From Takakia lepidozioides (Eukaryota; Plantae; Bryophyta), in NCBI GenBank assembly GCA_030704615.1, contig CM060731.1, positions 26,536,001-26,600,000 on the forward strand: 64,000 nt of DNA, written 5' to 3'. A program made the position numbers and the translations under genes. Below, piece after piece: positions 27,084-40,200 of the stretch. Each line of letters starts with the position of its first letter. Within the stretch, counting starts at the first letter, position 1. The notes under the pieces were generated by a model. The model saw nothing but the letters and a program-made list of their open reading frames with translations. It had not been told where the DNA came from and ran no database searches.

Positions 27084-29666
27084 ATGTCTGACACGATCAT
27101 GGCTAGAGGTAAGAAGAGGAGACGCGGGAGTGCCCCTCACCCTCGTAATTGTCAGGATGACGATGATGCAAACTCTGATGAGCAAGAGCACCACCACAAA
27201 GCCAAAGGCAAGGGCAAATTGAGAGATGATGATGTGATTGTGACAGAGATTGAGTCAAAGACGGTGAACGTCTGTGGCATATGTTTAGCCGAGGGGATAC
27301 TAGAGAGAGGGAAGTTGGATTGTTGTGATCACCATTTTTGTTTTGGTTGCATCATGGAATGGGCAAAAGTGGAGTCACGTTGCCCAATGTGCAAACAACG
27401 ATTTGTCACAATTGTACGCTCCCCATTGTCAGGCGTACTACGCAGCCGACCACGCACTTTCCAAATCCCCCATCGTAATCAGGTACTTTTTCATCATGAC
27501 CTAATTCTTGTTACGTACATTCATTTTGTTACATCCCATTGCATCACGTTCAAAATCATGAAAATTGAAGTGTTTTATGAGAATTTGGTTAAAGCTCATA
27601 TGTCCAGACTTCAAATTTGTTTTAAGTGCAAAAATTAATGTTCGCAAGACTTTTTGCTTGCTTGGGTCTGTCTTTTCTCTCTCACTTACTCTAACAGTTC
27701 AGTTTTATTGATGATAAATATGTGTGGGTAGGTTTACGAGCCAACAGAAGAAGAGATTCGTAACATGACAGATCCATATCAACACACTGTGTGTAGTGAA
27801 TGCCAAGAGGCAGGGGATGAGGGGCTCTTGCTTTTGTGTGATAGTTGCGATGGCGCAGCTCACACGTATTGTGTAGGCCTTGGTCGTACCGTACCACGCG
27901 GTGATTGGTTTTGTCTACCGTGCTCTTCCAAACATGTTCGTGGCATGAATAGTGATGAAGAAGAGGATGAGCAATCACTTGATGCCAACCCAAGCTCATT
28001 GCTTACAGTGCTTGTTACTCAAGTGCATTCTACTCCACATCGATCACGTCGAACCAGACGCATTTCCTCGACGCATATGGCCCATCGGAGTAGTGGTGGA
28101 ATTGGGATGCACAATAGGCTTACACATCCTCTTTGTCTTTCCGAAGATCATGCGAAGGTTCTGGCACATCCATTAACTGATCCCAATAATAATATCCTGC
28201 TAGATTCATCTCCAGGTGGGGCAAGAACCTTATTTCATCAACGTAGGTTAAGACAAAGAATACAAGACATTCGAGAAAATTGGGACCGCGTACAAACGGG
28301 AAATGTACAAGTTACTTCCACCTGTCGTGAGTCATCTCCATCTAGAGCACATGAAACTCAAGTAGTCGCGCATCAATGCGAGTCCACTTTGTGTGCATCA
28401 CATGTTTCCTCGTTTCATTCTACTCCCCAAACAACAATAACAACAACACTTGATGTTGACCTTGATAACAATGTTGCCAATGAGTGGACAATGTTGGAAC
28501 ACTCAAAAGTCCCCAGAAACAAATGTGCTAGTATTATCTCTTGCCCTGAGCAACATCGTATGGTCACTAGAAACATGAACTTACACTGTGTACCTTGCAG
28601 TAGTAATTCTGAGAATGAGTTGATATCAAACGACCCAAGAGCAAGTCAAAGAACAACTAACAACTCTGAACATTTGAGGAGGTACTATGACATCACTGCC
28701 GGTGATAATTACGTAGAAAATAGTTCAACAAATATGGCTAACGGTCGAATTGGATACTATCTTCGGGACAACAATCGAAATCGAAACAATTGTATGGAAA
28801 TATTGCACTCATCAACATCTAAGCACGTAAGGGAAAATTCAAGGTCAATGGGGAACCTCTCAGCAAGCATTGATGAAGGACGAGGTGCAATAAGAACAAG
28901 GTCAGCCTCAATAAAGAATGAACAAAGACCAATTGCATACAGAAGTGGGACAGAGAATACAAATGCAATATCGGGTGAAAAAAACTGTGTTTCAGAAATG
29001 AATCATGCCAGAGTTGTAGGCAGGGAAAATAAAATCAAGGAGATGAAAGATCAGCTTCTGAATATGGTGAAAGTGGAGCTGAAGCCTCTCTTTCAGCTTG
29101 GCCACATTGGTGAGATTATCATGTTATACAATTCAAGTTAATAAAATGTTAATTGTGGATTTATGTATGCGTTTATTATCTTATAAATATCTACAAAAGT
29201 CTAACTGGATTTGGGATTGGCATTAGCCAGTATGAAGGTGCTACCTACAGCAGCATGAAGGGCAAGATGGTTGAGATATGATGGCGGGAGCATAATCGTA
29301 TAACATTTTGAAGAAGAAAGAGAGCTAGTGAGGTTTATGAGTTAAGCATCTTACTTCTTCTTACGCACACACTCCTACTTACATACGCATAAAATTGAAG
29401 GTTTCGTTGTAAATTTTGTGCATGCAGATAAAGAACAACACAAGAAAATAGCGTGGACAGCAACACAAACCTTGTTGGCTGCTTTTGTACCAGAGCACCA
29501 AGGAGCTGAGGGAAGACTGTTTGGCAACTTGACATGCAATCACATGTCCACGACATCCTCCAGCTCCACTTTGCTACCTGAATGTTGCACCCACTGTTTG
29601 GGTGGCCATGTAAACGATGTAGTAGGATGTTTGGTGAGGAAATTTGTGGGTTTTAGAGGTGTGTAG
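27084..29666 (+). CDS. RING finger + PHD finger protein (PHRF1-like architecture), 3 exons (~27084/27099-27482, 27732-29109, 29428-29666)
   Basis: C3HC4 RING CGIC...CDHHFCFGC...CPMC; PHD CSEC...LLLCDSCDGAAHTYCVGL...GDWFCLPC; conserved C-terminal VKVELKPLF...IDKEQHKKIA..AT; GT-AG junctions. Confidence 0.9.
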
Positions 29667-29941
29667 AACTAGTCTCTCGATCACCCACATCTTTCTTCAA
29701 TGGCTTCTAATGAAGATTGTAATATTGCTACGTAATTCACACCATTTTTTTCCATGTGAACTCCAATTTTTCACTATGGGATTTGACCCCACATCTGACT
29801 ACCCGCAGGTCTATACATGTCCTACCTACTGTGTCATACAAATATATTTATACATGTACAATACAAAACTAAATACATGTAGAAATACTATAAGTTATAA
29901 ATAAGCAGTACCTTGCGCCTCTTAGACCACATATCCAAGTA

Positions 29942-32069
29942 GGGGGATGCTAGTCCATGAGCAGCTCACGTGAGCAGAAAATCTCGTGAGCAGAATTCTA
30001 CTTACGTTTGAGGATGACATGGACCTGCTTGGGGCCTTAACCGCGGACCTTAAAGCCACATAAGGCCTATTTCCGCGGGCAGTAGACGTGTAAATCTGGG
30101 CAGTAGTCCCTTATTATCTGGAACGTAAATTGTCTGAAAGAAAATGAATGTTGGATAAATGATGGATGAATTCTAAATGAATGTTGGATTAGTAATGGAT
30201 GAAAAACATCCCGATTGGAGAATATTCTTGACTCAAATAATCCTTGATTTACAGCGGTTGTTTTTCCACTTCTTCTTCGGTACACCGTTTAGTTTGTTTG
30301 AAATTAGAAGTTAAATTGCAGAGTGACCACTTCTTGTACACACTGAATGAACATGATATTTTTATTTTTATTTTTTTTCACTTCCTCTTCTATAGATTGT
30401 GTAATATGTGCCGTCATATGAGGGTCGAACACATGGATGCCGAGGCACAATGTACACGAAGGAAACAGTCACAGTTGACAGTGGGGAGCATCCATTGTAT
30501 CTCATAAGTTATTTTAATCACCTCTTCTTCTCCAGAGAGTGGCGAACTGTAGCATTGTACATCACATATCATATTTGAAGTTCACTATGTACCCCAATTC
30601 ATTTGGCCAGTTTGGGAAGGTCATGCAACCCGACACTGTGGGAAGAGCCAATCTGTGGGACAGCAGGAGGTTTGGAGAGGAGGGAAATGGCTCGACAGGA
30701 TGTAAATACCTATACGCCTAGGCTAACGTAGAAGTAGGAGGTGGTCCCTCCTTCTACTTCTAGAGAGGAGTCGGTGGGGACGAGGCGGAATCTAAACCAT
30801 CTTGAAATAAATAAAAGTCTTACTATGTGCATGAACTAATATGTAGCATCACAAAGTTCACATGGAAACCAGCATAGAGTGAATTGCAGAGCAGAACCCC
30901 ACACGGTGTTAAAACAAAAATGTGTTTGCATTTGTTTCCTTCAAGGCACCCGTTAGAGGTTATTTTTTCCTCTCATGTTTCCAGGACGTTCTTGTCCTTC
31001 CTTTTAAATAAAGTTCTCAGGGCCTGTATTCCTTGTTGATAAAAAAAAACAAAAAAAACAAAAAACAAGAAACAACTTTGCAGGGACTTTGGGCACTTCT
31101 AAGTCCACCATATCTCATACCTAAATTATGCTTGCTTTGAAACAAGCTTAATTTTGTCCACTTCAAAATTCAGCATTTGTCCGGTCTCAATCATCCACTG
31201 CTGCTTCTAATATTGATGGTCTCTTCTTGGACTTCAAATAGTGCAGAATATGCCTCTGCAAGATACTGCGGACAGTTTTTGCAGTCTTCACAATATACTT
31301 CATGTGATTGGCATTGCCATCACCATTTGCAATGATGTTGACATTTACATTGAACATTTAAACTTTTGATGGTTCCTATGTATTCTTTGTCTCAATGATC
31401 CTGTTTGATTTTGGCGGAATTTATCTTTGTTAATGACTTCAATCCGTGCTGCATTTTATTCATCCTACATATATGAATAGAATGGGTTGATTATCCTAAC
31501 TCAACACAACCAGAACTGTGTTTGTTATGTTGACGACATCATTCCGTGCGTCATGTTTTTCTCACCAAACTGGCTCTGCTTTTCTATCATGCTCACGATT
31601 GAAATCTGCTCACGCTTACTCAAATCTGCTTACGTGAGCTACTCGCGGCGTAACTTCTCTCACTTCTGTGGATGGCTCCATGCTGGTTAACGGTCACACT
31701 TTCTTGAATGAGATCAATCTTCTTGTACAATCAATCTTATTTAAGTCATCCATGGTTCATTCATCTGATCATTTTTCATCCCACATTCATCCATCATTTA
31801 TCACTTCTCATCTTTCATTCATCCATGGTTCATTTCATCACACATTCATCTCAAATTGCGTGCATGGAGCTCAACATCTTTGGTCCCAGGGAGCTTATGT
31901 TACCCTCCATTTCACACGAGTTTGCGTCCACGACAATAGGCCCTGTTTTTTCCTCGGCTATAGGCTCCGCTTCCCTAATTTGCTCGCGCTTAGAATCTAG
32001 TCACGCTTAAGGGCATCTGCTCACGCTTAGTGTGCAAAGCGTGAGCCTGCTCACATGCTAGCTTTTCTC
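29942..32069. mobile_element. Non-autonomous Mutator-like element (2.1 kb)
   Basis: 9 bp TSD atccaagta (29933-29941) / atccaaata (32070-32078). Ends GGGGGATGCTAG.. / ..CTAGCTTTTCTC with GTGAGC/GCTCAC subterminal clusters; a second right-end-like cluster at ~31590-31661. Confidence 0.75.
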
Positions 32070-32199
32070 ATCCAAATAGATCATAGCTGTTCCTTACCAC
32101 TGCAACGGAAAAGACCATGATACAGCAGGAAAAACTGAGAGATAGATATGTAGCAAAAACTTTCAGTGGAACTTGCTTTCAGACTTCCACATAGAAGCG

Positions 32200-34630
32200 C
32201 AAATGCTCTACATTTATCTTCCCGCCAAACCATACTACGTCCGCAACATGCAATGGCGCTGCTCAGAGGCCTCTCTCTGCCCTCAAATTGGACCCGTGAT
32301 CTTCCACAGCAGCATTGGTATGCAAAATTCAGTTGTACATGCACGCACGGTGTCCTCAACCGGTGTCAAGAATCAAGGACAATTGGGATCCTCAATAGAC
32401 AATCAAACAACTGCCTAGTACCTTTAAGTCCATGACAGACACTTCATCCTCCTCCAATTCATCTAAATCAGCTGCTTGCAATACACACCCTGCAACCCTT
32501 AGGGCAAAATTCAATGAATGGTACTCTCTCTCTCTCTCTACTGCTACTATTATTTTCACACGAGCATTTGTTCATTGTTTCCATTATGGGCAACTGATAT
32601 GCACTGTGTATGAGCATTAGAAACACTACAATCAATTATAGAAATAACCAAGGTCAAAGTCTAGCAATGAGCAGAAAAACATATATATTGGGGTGCAACA
32701 TATCATAGGTCATATACATGTATTGCAGGAACCTCAACAAATGATAATGATACTACTTTGTTATGTAAAGGGAACATTTAGCATTATTTTTCTACAAATC
32801 CATTACAAATTTACACCTTACAGAGATCCATGAAATTGAGGAATCAAGAAAACATATCCACATGGCTGATTCTACTTCTTCCTAGTGAACCCTCATGTTG
32901 TACAATCTTTCGAGTATATCGTATTGTCAAGGGTATTTAGAGTAATACACGTTCTCTCTCAGATACACATGCCTACTCGAAGGCCTACATCTATGTCCAT
33001 ACACAAATTGGCTACAGTCTTCCTTCATCTCTCCAAAATAAACTTTGCGTTTGTGGCAACACTTCCTGCAGCCATACACAGTTAGAGAACTTGAATGTTG
33101 TCTCGACACAACTCGATCAAATCACCAGTCAATTTCGGGACATCTACCGATCTTACTATCTCCTTCAAAGCCCATTGTACGACTACATCTAGGTGTTTCC
33201 TCATGCGACAAAACATTGAACTCTTTCTAGTTCTTTTCTCCTTTGGAATTCCCAATGCTTTTGCCTCAGCAAAATCAATGATGCCAGGCAGAATGTCAAC
33301 TACTTTGTCAATGCCCATGACATGCATAACTATGGTTTTTTTGGCTAGAAATGAAAGGTGCTTGAATACCTGTCACCCCAATTCAACCAACACACATGAG
33401 ATGACTGCATGGACCTCCATATCCTTCTCCTAGGCTATTGATCAAGCACTTGTTTTGAAAACAGAATTGAAAGCAACAATACATGTCTAAGATCCACAAA
33501 GATACAAAAATACAAAACTACCTCTTCAGTGTGAGGTGAGCTCTCTGGAGCGACTGTCCGAACCTTCTTCACATTCTTCATAGGTACATTATAATCCTCC
33601 TCGTCCCCAAACTTATCCTTCATTGGAACCCGTGAATTTTTCCGTGTAGTTGATTCCAATACATAGCCAACTTGCTCTTCAACTGTTCTTTCTTTGTCGT
33701 GCACCTAAGCATCGTGCCACAACATACATCGTTGTCCACCACACAATCTAAGCACACAATCCTAGAAAGCTATACCACAATGATAATGAAAGTGAACATA
33801 ATGGAAACCTCAAATGGCCATTTCAATATTGAAATGGGCCATTCGGTCTATTCAAATGGCCATTTGAATATTGGAATGAGCCATTTGAATAGTTCAAATG
33901 GCCATTTCATTTTTAGTATCCCTATCGTACTGCCTCTGTGGCCTCCACAGGGTTATTTTTTCCCTATTTTTGGTTGAACTTTACTATGTGTTCCTTTCGC
34001 CTCGGCCTTTCATTCTTAATATGATTTATATCAAATAAACTCCTAAAAATTATACGAGCATCTGCAGCACTGAAGTATGCATCAAACACACCAAACCCCG
34101 CTTGGATGCGATGAGGGGAAAACAAATGGTGGCAAATGGAAGTCGAGTTAGTATTGTAAACTCAAAATTAACGGTGTACGAGCAAAATTGGAGGTGTACA
34201 AGAGGGTGTACGAGCATCCGATGGATGGGGTCGAGGTGCCCACTATCATCTGTCAATTTCATCACGTTTTCATCGCAACATGTCATGTCCACGCGCCGCG
34301 GTGTAACACGCTAGCAGTCAAAATTTAGTCCTTTTCAGGAGTGTCAGTGGTACACATTAGCATGCTTTCACCCAACAAGCAACTCTGTCGTGCCAGGGTT
34401 GTGGTTGAGAATTCATTCGGTATTTTAAAAAAAACGTTCAATGAACTACTTATCAAATCAAATCTGCATGTGCAATTTCTTCCGGACGTGGGCCATTGAA
34501 TCAACATGATCGGTACCTCGACCTTGTCCTCGACCAGAAGATCTACCACCTCGGCCTCGCCTGGCTCCAACGCCTCGACCATGACCCTGCATTGCATCAG
34601 AGCTTGCACCAAAATTCGAATCCATGGCGG
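32200..34630 (-). pseudogene. Fragmented spliced ORF of unknown function, possibly a TE accessory gene
   Basis: Protein-like pieces MDSNFGASS..RGRGGRSSGRGQGRG (~34624), EEQVGYVLESTTRK.., VMGIDKVVDILPGIIDFAEAK..; stops and frameshifts; no family recognised. Confidence 0.3.
33810..33909. repeat. Five ~21 bp-phased copies of an AATGGCCATT palindrome
   Basis: caaatggccatttc...gaaatgggccattc...caaatggccatttg...gaatgagccatttg...caaatggccatttc. Confidence 0.8.
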
Positions 34631-35129
34631 AGCAATAGTAATCGCAACAATAGTCTCGCAAATAGACAAGAACAACAACCTCGCTGTGCTGCAATCGCCT
34701 CGCACCCTTGCAATGTTTCTCACCTCCGTGTTGCTAGATTACCTCACTAGTTTGCAGATCGATAATCTGCCACCGGCGGGAGAGAGTATTTTAAACGGAT
34801 TTTAAAAGATTTTTTTAACACTTGCGCCATTAGCAACCATTAGCGCTATCACCTGCTGTTAGCTCTAGTGATAGCCCGTGCCACCGAGGCTATCTAGCGA
34901 CACCGGGGGCGCAGGTGTGAACAACCATAGTAAAATGATGATTTATCGATCGGGATAACAGCAGTGTGAACTGACCTTTAAAAACGTTTGGTCAAACAAC
35001 TCTTGAAAACATTGAGCATTGTGACAAAACTACTCTGAAAATTTCAGTTTTTCTTGTGGGATCGTGGTATACGACATAGTTCATCCATCCATGCACTGCA
35101 GTTGGAAGCAGAAGAATCACTACAAATAT

Positions 35130-35886
35130 AGCCGTACGCCTTCAGAAATGGCCTCCAAATTGTGAAGCTCTTGGCAACGCGTCAGAACGAGGACCTACAA
35201 GTTGGTGAGTTTGCTCATCTACTGCGGCAATGTTTTCAGACTCTTGCACCCTTCCAACCAAAGGGTCGTCAATGCAGAGAGTTGCATCGACTCTGATAAC
35301 TCCTGTAAATTGCTGCAACCATCCAAGAGGAGAATGTAGAGGCGTGAAAGGTTGCCGATGGACTCTGGCAACGCGACGAGCCCTTCACAACCATCCAAGC
35401 TGAGCTGCGTGAGCATTTTCAGTTTACCGATGGACTCTGGTAATCTGACTAGACTTTTACACCCATCCAAGTTAAGCATATGCAACCGTTTGAGGTTGCC
35501 GATAGACTCCGGCATTGCGACGAGCCCTTCACAACCATCCAAGCTGAGCTGCGTGAGCATTTTCAGTTCACCGATGGACTCTGGTAATCTGACTAGACTT
35601 TTACACCCATCCAAGTTGAGCATATGCTTGAGGTTGCCGATAGACTCCAGCAACGCGACGAGCCCTTCACAACCACCCAAACTCAGATGTGTGAGCATTT
35701 TCAAATCATCGATGGACTCTGGTAATTTGACTAGACTTTTACACTCATCCAAGGCGTATCCAGCAGTTCGAGGTTGCCGATGGACTTCGGCAACGTGACG
35801 AGCCCTTCACAACCATCCAAGTTGAGCTGCGTGAGCATTTTCAGTTCACCGATGGACTCTGGTAATCTGACTAGACTTTTACACTC
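35130..35886 (-). pseudogene. NLR-type leucine-rich-repeat fragment
   Basis: 24-aa units L..L.L.GC..L..LPESIG.L in 48-aa (144 bp) pairs; frameshift near 35760; 5' part cut at the CRE junction. Confidence 0.85.
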
Positions 35887-36534
35887 GGGTATTTGCAGAA
35901 TTGGGTGTCTCAGTTTTTGCGTAACATGACAGTTTCTGCAGTGACCTCCATACATGGTTTTACCCATATTTGTTTCACATGTCGACAGTGGCATTTTACC
36001 CTTCCAGCAGCATCTCCGCTCTGCACGAGATCTTCTACCGGCACTGGCGCGAGCATGTCTACCACCATTCGAGCAGTTGGTTGCTCAAGGCCTCGACCAT
36101 CATCATGAGTCCATTTCTGAGCGCGTGCACCGTCATTCCTTTTCCAGCATGCTCTCAAGTGCTTCTTCTGAGTTGCATCGAGCCCGACTTCTATCATGCG
36201 CAAGACCCGGAGCAGGGGCATGGTTGGCAGCACGACCCACTCTCGCACCTTTTCGCCTCTCATCCCCTATTTCACTACTGCGCTCCGCCTTCGACTCGGT
36301 TTGCCTCATCTTTTGGCATTGGGTCTTCAGCGCTGCGTCTGTCTTCAACCCATCGATGACCTTGCCATCCATCTCCTCCGCTGTCCATGTGGTTGTGAGC
36401 GCATTGCGTGTCATGATATGGTTCGCGATGCGGTATAATCTATTGCTCGGGAGGCAGGGTATCATGTACTGCATGAGCAATCACATCTACGACCCACGTT
36501 CACGTCCCACTCTACACGCCGCCGTGTGGACATC
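35887..36534 (+). mobile_element. CRE-like (RLE-type) non-LTR retrotransposon, 5'-truncated, left part
   Basis: LPFQQHLRSARDLLP...LPPFEQL; ARLLSCARPGAGAWL; FTTALRLRLGLPH; zinc knuckle CVC-x8-H-x3-C; HDMVRDA; ends at RRRVDI. Confidence 0.85.
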
Positions 36535-37259
36535 AGGGATGCCTCGGCGTGAGCCTGGTCACGTGATCGCGTGAGCGCAACTGCGCTCACAAATGCCACG
36601 TCACGGGGCTCAGTCCACGTCATCACACGTGAAGGCCGAGTCACCACGCGCCAGAAAGAAGTGGAGTGTATTCCGCGGATTGGCACCCTTTACCGCGGAA
36701 ACAAGCTGGACGACATAATAAAGGCATTGAATAAAGGATGGATGAATGTACAGTTGGATGATAAACAGATGGATGAGTGTGAAAAATGTATGTAGATGGA
36801 TGAATGACGGATGGATAAGAGTAAAATGGATGAATGTATAATGGATGTTGAGCAATGACAAAAATTCATGACAGGAAGATGCATGACCAAATCTTTTGAC
36901 GAATGCACAAAGTATATGAAATGAGTGTGGAAGGTTTGTGGGGGTGGATTAAAGAGTACAGAGGATGAATGTACAATGGATGTTGTACAAAGGAAGCTTT
37001 CATGAATGGAGCACGCATGAATACAGTGTAGATGAATGCACAATGGATATGAGAAGAGTCAGGAAGGTTTGTGAGATGGATTCATACATATAGCAATTTA
37101 AACGAAAGTTGATTCTGTGATTATTATTTGTTCTAAAGGAACAACTACGGTGGAAGAAGGGGATTCAACGTTTTCCAGATAATATGAAAATGAATATTAA
37201 AAGAATACAGTTCAGTCTGACTCAGAGTCAGTACAATGTATCCCCTCTTCCTCTGCATC

Positions 37260-40200
37260 TAAGTCTAAGTATTTTAGAACACCGGATCCACGCTGGATAC
37301 ACCTACGGCTGGCCACTAAAAAGTCAGGGGATAGGGACTCGGCCGCGTGAAGTGCCATTGCTTCGGCATAAACAGGAAGCAGAAAATTGGAAAGGGGGCT
37401 GTCGAAAACAGACTCGCCAGAAATGACTGTATCTCCTGAAGATCCACCGCTGCTTTCCTGAAAGACAGCCTGAAAAAGTTATTACTGTAACTTTGATGTT
37501 ATCGAGAAATTGAGTATGACTCCCAAAGAGGGTTTAGCACTTACTCACATGAAAAGTCGTTGTCGACCTGCTTATCTTCGGGATCGTCATCATTTCGAAT
37601 TTGAATCCGATCAGTCTGTGTGCCTGAAGTGGAGCCAGACAAAAGGGGGAGGAGCACGGTGTTGTAGAGGTCAGAATCACCCTCCATGCCAAAAAGGCTT
37701 CTTCCGCCTGCCTTGCATGCGTGGTAAGTTGCTCCTGCACCAGACAGGAGAACATGAACAGTTTGGAGGGGGGGATTTAAGCAGATGAAACTGTTGAAAG
37801 GAAACCAATTCGGAAGGGAAAAAACGAACCTGTGGACACAGAAAGATCGACCACCCGTGCAGAGCGGTGGCTGCATGACTCCAGCAGTATTTGCATGAAT
37901 GCTGGTGACTTTTCCTTTGCACCTCTCCAGGGAGTGCCATCTGGTCTCTTCAGAGTCTGACTGGACTGCATGAAGTTGTACAAAATGTCATCGACATGGG
38001 GCTCATAGGGGGGGTTGACGAAACAACCCTGGTCAGAAATCTCAAAGCTGCGGATGGAGGATGGTGTCTTTGATGTGCGAATCCTCCCAGCAGGCAGATC
38101 GCCTCGAACATCCTCGTCTGGCAAAGATAGCAGGTTAGTGTGGTAAACACAATCTATAGTGGAAGTGTGTACATCGGCTATTCAGAACTCTGACACAAAA
38201 AAATCATGAATCGTTGATGATCGGTGTCGATCATAAAACATTCTACTAGAGTGGAGCTGCAGAGAAAATTGAAACTCATGATCAAAGCACAAGCAGAAGG
38301 GAGACGACATACCAGCTGACCAGGGAAACCCCTTTCACAAGGTAGAGGCTGTTCACACAATTCCAATGTGCACAAAACTTCAAACCCTGAAGACTTGAGG
38401 TATGATGCCAATGCCCGACGACTATCATTGTCACATGACTGAAAAAGCAGAAGTGTCCCTGCATCAGAGAGGAAATTGTTACAGAACCCGAACACCCAAC
38501 TCCAGTAGTTGTCCTCGAATTTGTTCCAGCCTGGCGTCTTGCCCTTTGGAAGAACTTCTGGCACAGCCTGGCCATCCGGGATGTCGAGAATGACAATGTC
38601 GGCCGCATAAGTTTTCTGCACACCGCACACGAAGGTGGGACCTGTGCTCACCTGCAACAGACATGTTTTTTATAAGAACACTTGGCTTTGCTTGGTGCGG
38701 GTGAGATGCTATGACAATCAACAAGCCTTCTTTGTTTTTGGTTTGCGGCCCGCCTTCTTTCCCTTCTGCGGCGTTCCCTGAGCATCAGGCTCCTTGGCAG
38801 CCAAGGTTGCTATGTTTCGTTGATCTCTTCGTCAGTCAAAGGCGCCAGCATCTCAGCGTTATTATTGTTCAAGTATTTCATATGCTGTTCTTGAAAGGTC
38901 GTGTGCTCAGGTGGGCAGTCAAGGTACCACCCACAGGTCTCTTGAAGTGAGAAGGACTCCAGTCTTCAATATCCCTGCAGTATACATGGTTGGATCGTTT
39001 GCAAGGTCCGACCACACATGTCAAGATAGTCGGGAATTCCGCTCAGGTGATTTCCTTCCATAAGCACATATTTCGTGTACCTGAAAAAAGGAGATATAAA
39101 TCCCAACCCACAAAAGCGCTCAGTGAGTAAGATGCAAGTAGTAGAACAGAAAAAATAAAACATAGATTGAAATGGCTCTGACAACTGCTCCAAGGACCTT
39201 TCAGGACCACACTACTGCTCCAGATATGAATGTCGTTCAACGCCATTCAGAACATTCCATTCAATGACACTGTAAATACATCCTAATCCAGGTGTGAATG
39301 CAATAATCGTTTAGAAATGACACAGACATAGAAGTGAATGTCGTCAACGACATTCAAGAATGAAGCCAAATTATTACTAAATGAAGCAAAATCACAGGAT
39401 GGAATCAAAAAATTGAGTAAGGAACCCTCCAGGCAAACTCAATGCACATTCATTAACGCACCTATCACTGAGGACCTCACAACAATCACTGTATGTGAAT
39501 GGCGTCAACGCCATTCACAAAACACAAAAAGAAACCAATTACTTAGCTCCCCAATCCATGTAAATTGAATTTGTCGCTGTTGAATAATACAGATACAGCT
39601 GTGAATGTCGTCAACGACATTCACTTTGGATTTCTTAAAACAGAGCTTATCAAAGCCTCCACATTCATCACAAGAGGCAAAAACAATGCAGAACAACTGA
39701 ATGTCTGCATTGACATTCAGCAAACTGAAGTGAGGAACCCTCACTGTAAACTCTATGGACATTACAAAAATTTAAATAACTCTGAGGACCCTCTCAACAA
39801 CTCCATATGTGAATGTCGTCAACGCCAGCCATTCAAGGACATTTATCAATTCTAATCAGGAACAATATAATTGCACCCTTAGATCCTAAATTCATATACT
39901 CGCTTAAGAATGACTTAGACAAAGAAGTGAATGTCGTCAACGACATTCAATCTGGATCTAAGATTGCAATCCATATGAAGCCCACTTTTTTCCCAAAAAA
40001 ACAGTAGAGTTTCAAGTATGACATTGCACCTGTACACAACTCGCATCATGGCCCACTCTCCTCCAACCTGACTGTCAAAGTCGTGGACCGTAAAATGTTA
40101 CCATCTTGGAGAACTCCCGGAACAAAAAACAGTATCTCCACTTCCTTATGTATGCCTCAATGACATTTGGGGGAGGGGAAACAATCGCAATGTTCAGGTC

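Noticed and set aside
27765-27925. Host PHD finger as the donor of the Gypsy PHD
   Set aside because: Only generic PHD residues are shared, with no evident nucleotide similarity.
39227-39949. CRISPR array interpretation of the spaced palindromes
   Set aside because: Spacers are long and irregular (~75-140 bp) and partly homologous to each other; there are no cas genes, and the context is a eukaryotic intron.
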